Assembly (NCBI GenBank): GCA_012295275.1
Contig: CM022670.1
Location: forward strand, 18,600,001 to 18,664,000
Direction: 5' to 3'
Length of the DNA: 64,000 bases
Source of the DNA: Chrysomallon squamiferum
Taxonomy: Eukaryota; Animalia; Mollusca
The notes under the pieces were generated by a model. The model did not search any database, was not told the DNA's origin, and saw only the letters and a program-made list of their open reading frames with translations. Position numbers and translations under genes: made by a program. This document shows, one piece after another, positions 57,530 to 64,000 of this stretch (its first letter is position 1; every line of letters starts with the position of its first letter).

Positions 57530-59872
57530 AGAAAAGGTAAAGAACCTATAGATCATGTACCTTAAAACTTTCAAGTACGTTTCATATTTACAAACCGTAA
57601 TTAAATGAATTCATTTAGTAGTCAGTTAAGCATACTTGCAAATGAATAAAAACTGAAATCAAAGCCCGCTTGGTGAGTACATAAAAACTAGTACTTGTAA
57701 AAAGAAAAAAATTACCTCACAAACCATAAATCTTTTCGCCTACGCAGAAACCGTAGTTGAACGCGTATCTCTACGGTCTGTTAAGCCGTTGCTGCAACTT
57801 AATATTCACCCTCACCTTTATTCAGCATTTTAAACAAGAACTATTCATATGGGGGTAGCAAGTGTTATCAGAAACGTGGCAGGTATGTCAAATGTTTCAC
57901 GTGAAAAATGCTTTGCGTCACACCAAGAAGGTTGTCTAAATTTCACAATACACAAATAGATACACGTATATATAATTGATTAATATCTACTAGGTATAAT
58001 GATAATAATGTTTAGTATATTGGTAACAAAATAAAACCAAACTTTATATATACCCGTATTTTTACTTTATACAATAAAATGCGTTTTAATACGTTTCTGG
58101 AATCTCTTTCTTAAAGTCAAGCACAAAGAAAATCTAAAATTTGATTATGTGTTATTCAACAATAATTTCAGATATAAAAGTGTCTAAGATTACAATTGAT
58201 ACTCATATAATTCTTAATATAATGCTGAAATGGAGAGAATATCATTCGCTAATATTTACGACAATTGAAATACAAGATTTTTAACTCCATTAAATAATTT
58301 GAAAATGGGAAATATGTTGTTTATGGTTTGTTTTGGTTTTTTTAGTACCTAACAGAAATTTTGATACAAGTAATTACCTACAGGTAAATAATCTGAAAGC
58401 TAAATACTTATAATTAGAAATTTTTCAGATATTTAGTTTCCTATATAATATTTCTTGAGCTTTATTCAGTTAAATATATGTACATATATAAATTACCACT
58501 CGAAAAACTGAAAAAATAATCTAGTCTGGATTTTCTATGAGTAAATTCACTTTGCCTTGTGAATCAAGATATCTGTAATTTATTACATTTCGAGTTACAT
58601 AGAAATATCTTTTTACTTGAAGATACATCTTTGAATGAAATAAACTAGAGTGGAAATTTAGTAATTAATTTTCGACTTTATTGTGCAAAAGAAGAAGATA
58701 AAATAACAAGAAGAAGAAGAAATCTTAGTGCTTGATTATAATACTTAGGCCAATTGAAAGAGTTAAATATTATATAACAATAAACTGATACAGATAAAAC
58801 GTTTTATTCGAGTTCACAAAAGAACAATGTGTTGTTTCAAAAATGTAACTAAAAACAACCGAGGGAGGTCTGAAATGAGGCCATATCACAATTCACACTG
58901 TGATATAAGGAATAAAACACACAAACACATCATCCGTTTTATTACTTTGTGTTTGTTTCAAACACATATTCATAAAAATTCACTCTTTTGTGGCATTCCT
59001 GAATCTGCGTGACATATTATATGTTGTTTTATTTTTCATGGCGGCTACACTCTTGTCCAAATAGGACAAAGATTTTTTTTTTATCTCTGTCTGATGGAAA
59101 TCCAATTGCCTCTACAAAAGTTAACTGAGTGAACATACCCGGTTATTGTTGTCGCTGCCGCATTCTTCACCGTTGTTGGCAAAGAGGGTGGAAATGGGGG
59201 CAAAAATCAAAACAATGGAAAAGATTGACGTTTAAAGTATGGGAAAACCAAAACTGTGTATCCAAAGAACATAAAAGTAAGGCTGGTCATGTCAAAAAAG
59301 GTTAAAACCCCTATGTTAAACTTTTTCAAAAATACAAAAAATAAATTAATTATGGGAACATGAAGTTAAAGGGTGAAGGTGATGGAAAGAATGGAGGCGT
59401 TGATGTGTGCTGTAGTCCAAAAGATCGACCCCTATTCATTTTTGACACAGCGTCAAGTTTTTGTGTTTATTTATTATTATTTCTACCTTGGTTAAACAGT
59501 GGAACCTAGAGTCATTGTCGATGGATGTAAAGGCACAATGAACACAGGTTATTAACTAAAAGGGGTTAACCAGAGGGTGGAAGAAGCCAAAAGAACAGAA
59601 TTTAATAGCTAATTTAAACTTTTAATCATGCCATTTCACATTGCTGTTTAGCCTACTTTACTTTTGGCCAAAGAAATTTTCTGAAATCTTTATAATAAGC
59701 GAAAATATTTGCCAGTAAATGGACCTTGATTAATTAAGAAAAATGTTTTTCTTTTTCTAGTCGGGAAAATGGTACATTCGATACGGACATCGCTCGATAA
59801 ATTATGTAGATATATATTTTTTATTTTAGATACTAATTTATAGATTTTTCTACAGGCTGAAGTAAAACATTT

Positions 59873-59877
<5 letters not shown>

Positions 59878-59948
<71 letters not shown>
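59878..59948. repeat. (TC)n microsatellite
   Basis: Direct reading. Confidence 0.97.
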
Positions 59949-59951
<3 letters not shown>

Positions 59952-61334
59952 TAGATAGGCGTGTATGTGTGTGTGTGTGTTTTAAAAGTACAACTACTAT
60001 TTTAGGCAGAGAACAGTTGGTGGATTAATATTTTGAAAAGTTTTCCTCACTTCAAACTTAATTTCTAATAACTTTTTTATTGTTCTTATTTCAGTTGTCT
60101 TTTAACATTTAATATTTTTCTTTGTATAACAGCATTTATGTAATATTCTTTCTCGTACAAGTACAGTCTTTGTGGCTATTTTAAGAACGAAGACAAGAGT
60201 CGTAAATCATTATCTTTCTTATTATCGCCGTCTGCTCTTTTCCGTTCGAGTCATTTTCCCACTGGTTCACCAGAGGCCGGTCTACATGTTTTTCGTGTAC
60301 ATGGATATAACCTAATCGACAAGAATAACATCTTTATCTTTATCTTAAAGAATGCTGATCCCTAATAACAGTGATAATAAAAGTCCCATGGGATTTAACA
60401 AATATCCTTTATTTATTCATACTCCTAACTGTTATAAATCACTGACACAAAAACACATGCTGTACTCGTTTATAAATATAAAGATGTACTTCGCTCACCT
60501 ATCTTGTTCAGTCATGCCTGTCATGGAGATAAATTCTGACTTCGCCAGGGACTTTTCTCTACGAGCAGAAACGTAGATGTCAGTTCTGACTGGCACAGTA
60601 CTTAATTAATGAGTTAGATGAAAAGATATGACAATGTAGGAATTGGATTTAACTCGTGTTACTCGTTGGAACAATGAAGGCAGTATCAATCCCGGGCTCT
60701 CAAGTTCGGCTGTTCTTTTCTTTTTTAATATAAAATACAGTCGTAATGGATTTTGTTATATTTTAAGTGTCACGAAGGGTTATTCAAAATAAAACAAAAT
60801 AAAACGTTTACAATAATCTTCATTGTGGAAAATGAATATCAGATCAATGGGAGCTAACTTGGCACAAACAATCATTTAAAGCTTGTTGAGTTGCGTCCCT
60901 TAGCTCCGCCCAGCTGAAATCGTAACTTAATTTTACATGTACTTACAGCTGTAACCACAGTAAACCCTCAGCAGTGTTCAGTATCTTTGGACTTCCTAAC
61001 TAGAACTAGTGGAATAAAAGACGTGAAATATGCTGTTCTATCTCAGCGCTGTATTATGCTAAACATAAATATAGCAACAAACACAAAAATTGTTTCATCA
61101 ATCGGTAGAAAAGCATTCTGACTTTATATTTTTATTTAAATTTTTATTTTTATTTTTATTTTTATTTTTATTTTTATTTTTATTTTTATTTTTATTTTTT
61201 ATTTTTTTTTTTTTTTTTTATTTTTATTTTTTTTTTTTTTTTTTTTTTTATATATATATATAATAATAATATTCAAGAGTATGTATGAACTATAAATCTG
61301 TTCTAATAATAATAAAAAAATAATTAATAATAAT

Positions 61335-61365
<31 letters not shown>

Positions 61366-61548
61366 CAGTTCAGTACAATACAATACAATACAATACAATA
61401 CAATACAATATAGTACAGTACAGTACAGTACAATTCAGTACAATACAATTAAGTACAGTACAGTTCAGTACAGTACAATACAGTGCAGTACAGTACAATA
61501 CAGTACAATACAGTGCATTACAGTACAATAAAGTACAGCACAGTGCAG
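61366..61548. repeat. Pentanucleotide satellite (CAGTA/CAATA)n
   Basis: Direct reading of a degenerate 5-bp array. Confidence 0.92.
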
Positions 61549-62010
61549 AAACTGTTTAATTTACACTTAATTTACTTTATGTCCCTGTAATATATCTGTT
61601 TGTGTTAGTTTCAGTTCATTATTGACTATTGTTATATTGATATACTCATTAATAACAGTGTTTCTGTGGTATTTACTGAAGCATAACATTCTTTTGGGTT
61701 GTTTTTCTGAAGAATGGATTTTGTTACCTTTTCACGTTTAGATTTATAATTTATTATGTTTATGACGCCCAAAAGCCGATGTTATTGCTTATGCATGATT
61801 GGTTTTAAACATCATCAAACCGTTTCTTCATTTATTATTCATTCATTAGTATGTTTATTAATTAGAGTCAGTTTATCTCTCAAATCTTGTCCGAACTAAA
61901 AGTTTTTGTATGTGTTTATTTATATATGTTCGGTTTTGGTTCCATGTGAGATAGTGTGTGTGTGTGTGATACGTATAAATATGTTTGTGTATGTGTGTGA
62001 TGTATAAATA

Positions 62011-62067
<57 letters not shown>

Positions 62068-64000
62068 CTGAGTACATTTGAATATTCTATATATACGTGC
62101 TTGTGATCGCATAAGTGTAAAACATCTAGCCTTGAACAAAACCCCGTTACACCAACCTCTTAATTTAACAAGTCTTTAATTCCACCATGAGATTTAATGA
62201 GCTGGTTTTACCTTATAATCGCTTGCTGGAGGAAGCCAACCAAAGATCTGGATAATCCTGTTTACTCAAGCGTCCAGTGTAAAGATTTCATTGTCCTCAC
62301 GACAGTTTTGTTATTTCTTGTTTCGATTTAGACCTCTGCCAAATTACTAAACAATAGGTCCATTCCAAACAATTTGTTACTAAAATGCGTGTTATTAACA
62401 GACAGCCAGAGAACGGAACCAAAACATAATTATTATTGGATTGTGTGGGGTTTTTTTTCTTTCCACGCCGCCCTGTCGTTTGCTTGTTGACGGAGTATAA
62501 AGACGACAGAATATTCTGGAATTTTGTGGTTTAAAGCACATTTCAGAGAACTGGCACCAAAGCTGTGATGAAAACGATCTTCCTGAAAATATTTCAAGTG
62601 CGAAGGAATTATTATTATCAGTGATTCTGTGAAAATAAATTGTTTTATGGACAGTCTGATCTCGATGGGAATATAAAACGTGTGTTTTGTTGGATGTTAT
62701 GTAATGAGGAAATTGTGACTAACATTTGGAAGAAAAAAATTCTTTCGACATGGCACTGAAGCAGGGAAATTTACCAAAGTTTCTGACTGATAGTCCGGTA
62801 TGATATCATTTTTTTTACTCTTTCTACTAATACAGTACTAATTAATATTACAATCACTGCTACTATTATTACTAGTAGAACTACTAATATTGTAACTACT
62901 AATACCACCACTACAACAAATACTGATATTAATATTATTACTGTTACCCACTTATTACTACTACTGTTATTACTATTTCCACCGCTGTTACTACTACTAT
63001 TTCTGCGACTACTACTACTCTGGGACATCTGGAGTCTGGAATCAATAAATCGGTCTGATTACTCTTGAGGCATTATTTGCTCCAAAATATAACTGTTCGG
63101 GATGATATAAAGCAATTACAAAAAATTTTTTTTTAAATTATTCTTTACACCTTTTGTTAGTATATTGCTTGACTAGCAATTAAATCGTTTTTAAAAAGAG
63201 AGAGAAAAAAAGAAAGCTCATTCCAGTGAAGATCCTATATTTCTTAAAAGGGGGTTAAGTCATAAATTTGGTGAATAATCATTCCAAAATGAAATGAATT
63301 TAATAATAAAAAAAAAAAAAATTATGATTAAAAAATTGCCTGATCTGCGCATATGTAGTTACAAAAGCCTTTGCATTTTTTGTCCTAATCTTTATTCTCC
63401 AACTTTTGTTTTACATACTTTGATCTATGGAATAGATCATTTAATTTTTATATTTATAATCAGATTTACATCATCAGCTTCAATATTTTTTATTTATTTT
63501 TATTTTTTTATATAAAATCTGAATATTATATACTTCTTTCTTTTGAAAAGTATTATGTTACAAATGATGTCAAAATTCTTGACGTACGCTGTACATTTGA
63601 AATCGAACAATCGGTTTATCGTTCATTTCATGACAATAGAGGAGATCAAGGGATTTCTTTTTAGCCCAGAAGCTTAATCCTCAGCTTAATTCTTCCCTAA
63701 AATCGGCTTCACCATTAATCTGAAGGGTGTTACGAGAGATTGAGCCATATGTTTACACCGATTATATAAAAAGTGTGTATATAACTTCTACCTGTGTCCA
63801 CAAAAGTGAAAAAATTAATGTAATGGAATATAAATAAATAATGTTTACCCGAAATGTTTTAATGTAATGTAAACTTTTGTTATATTTTCTTTTACATTAT
63901 TTTTAATTTTAAGCTAGCTAATATTTTTCGTTTCTGTTATTTATTTATTTGTTCATTTATTGATTGATTGATTGAGAGACTGACTAATTTGTTTAAATTC

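Noticed and set aside
53700-64000. A second gene or TE coding region downstream
   Set aside because: I recognised no protein motif or consistent exon chain on either strand. Small exons of a neighbouring gene cannot be excluded.

Overview
This is AT-rich, microsatellite-dense eukaryotic (animal) genomic DNA, not a prokaryotic locus. It is probably lophotrochozoan or molluscan; that is an inference from the protein and the repeat style. The window holds one intron-rich + strand gene, a Grainyhead/GRHL (CP2-family) transcription factor. I rebuilt it by hand from GT-AG junctions with consistent intron phases: 17 shared coding exons from 30819 to the TGA at 49600-49602. Three candidate mutually exclusive first coding exons (7281-7309, 8630-8712, 27700-27725) all end in phase 2 and splice in frame to 30819. 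The exon-1a form is 2691 nt (896 aa). The protein has a vertebrate-GRHL-like N-terminal motif (HPLTAATTAINGEDEHASAAALLHEY), a long low-complexity middle, an insect-Grh-like DNA-binding domain and the C-terminal dimerisation domain. Most ORFs in the supplied track are microsatellite artefacts. The most interesting non-coding signals are a strong excess of CRE (TGACGTCA/TTACGTCA) sites confined to the 5' half, a Grh-consensus site just upstream of the first ATG, promoter-like intronic islands, two compound minisatellites and a MITE-like insertion inside a (CA)n tract. No rRNA, intact tRNA, CRISPR array or autonomous transposon was seen. All motif counts were made by eye.
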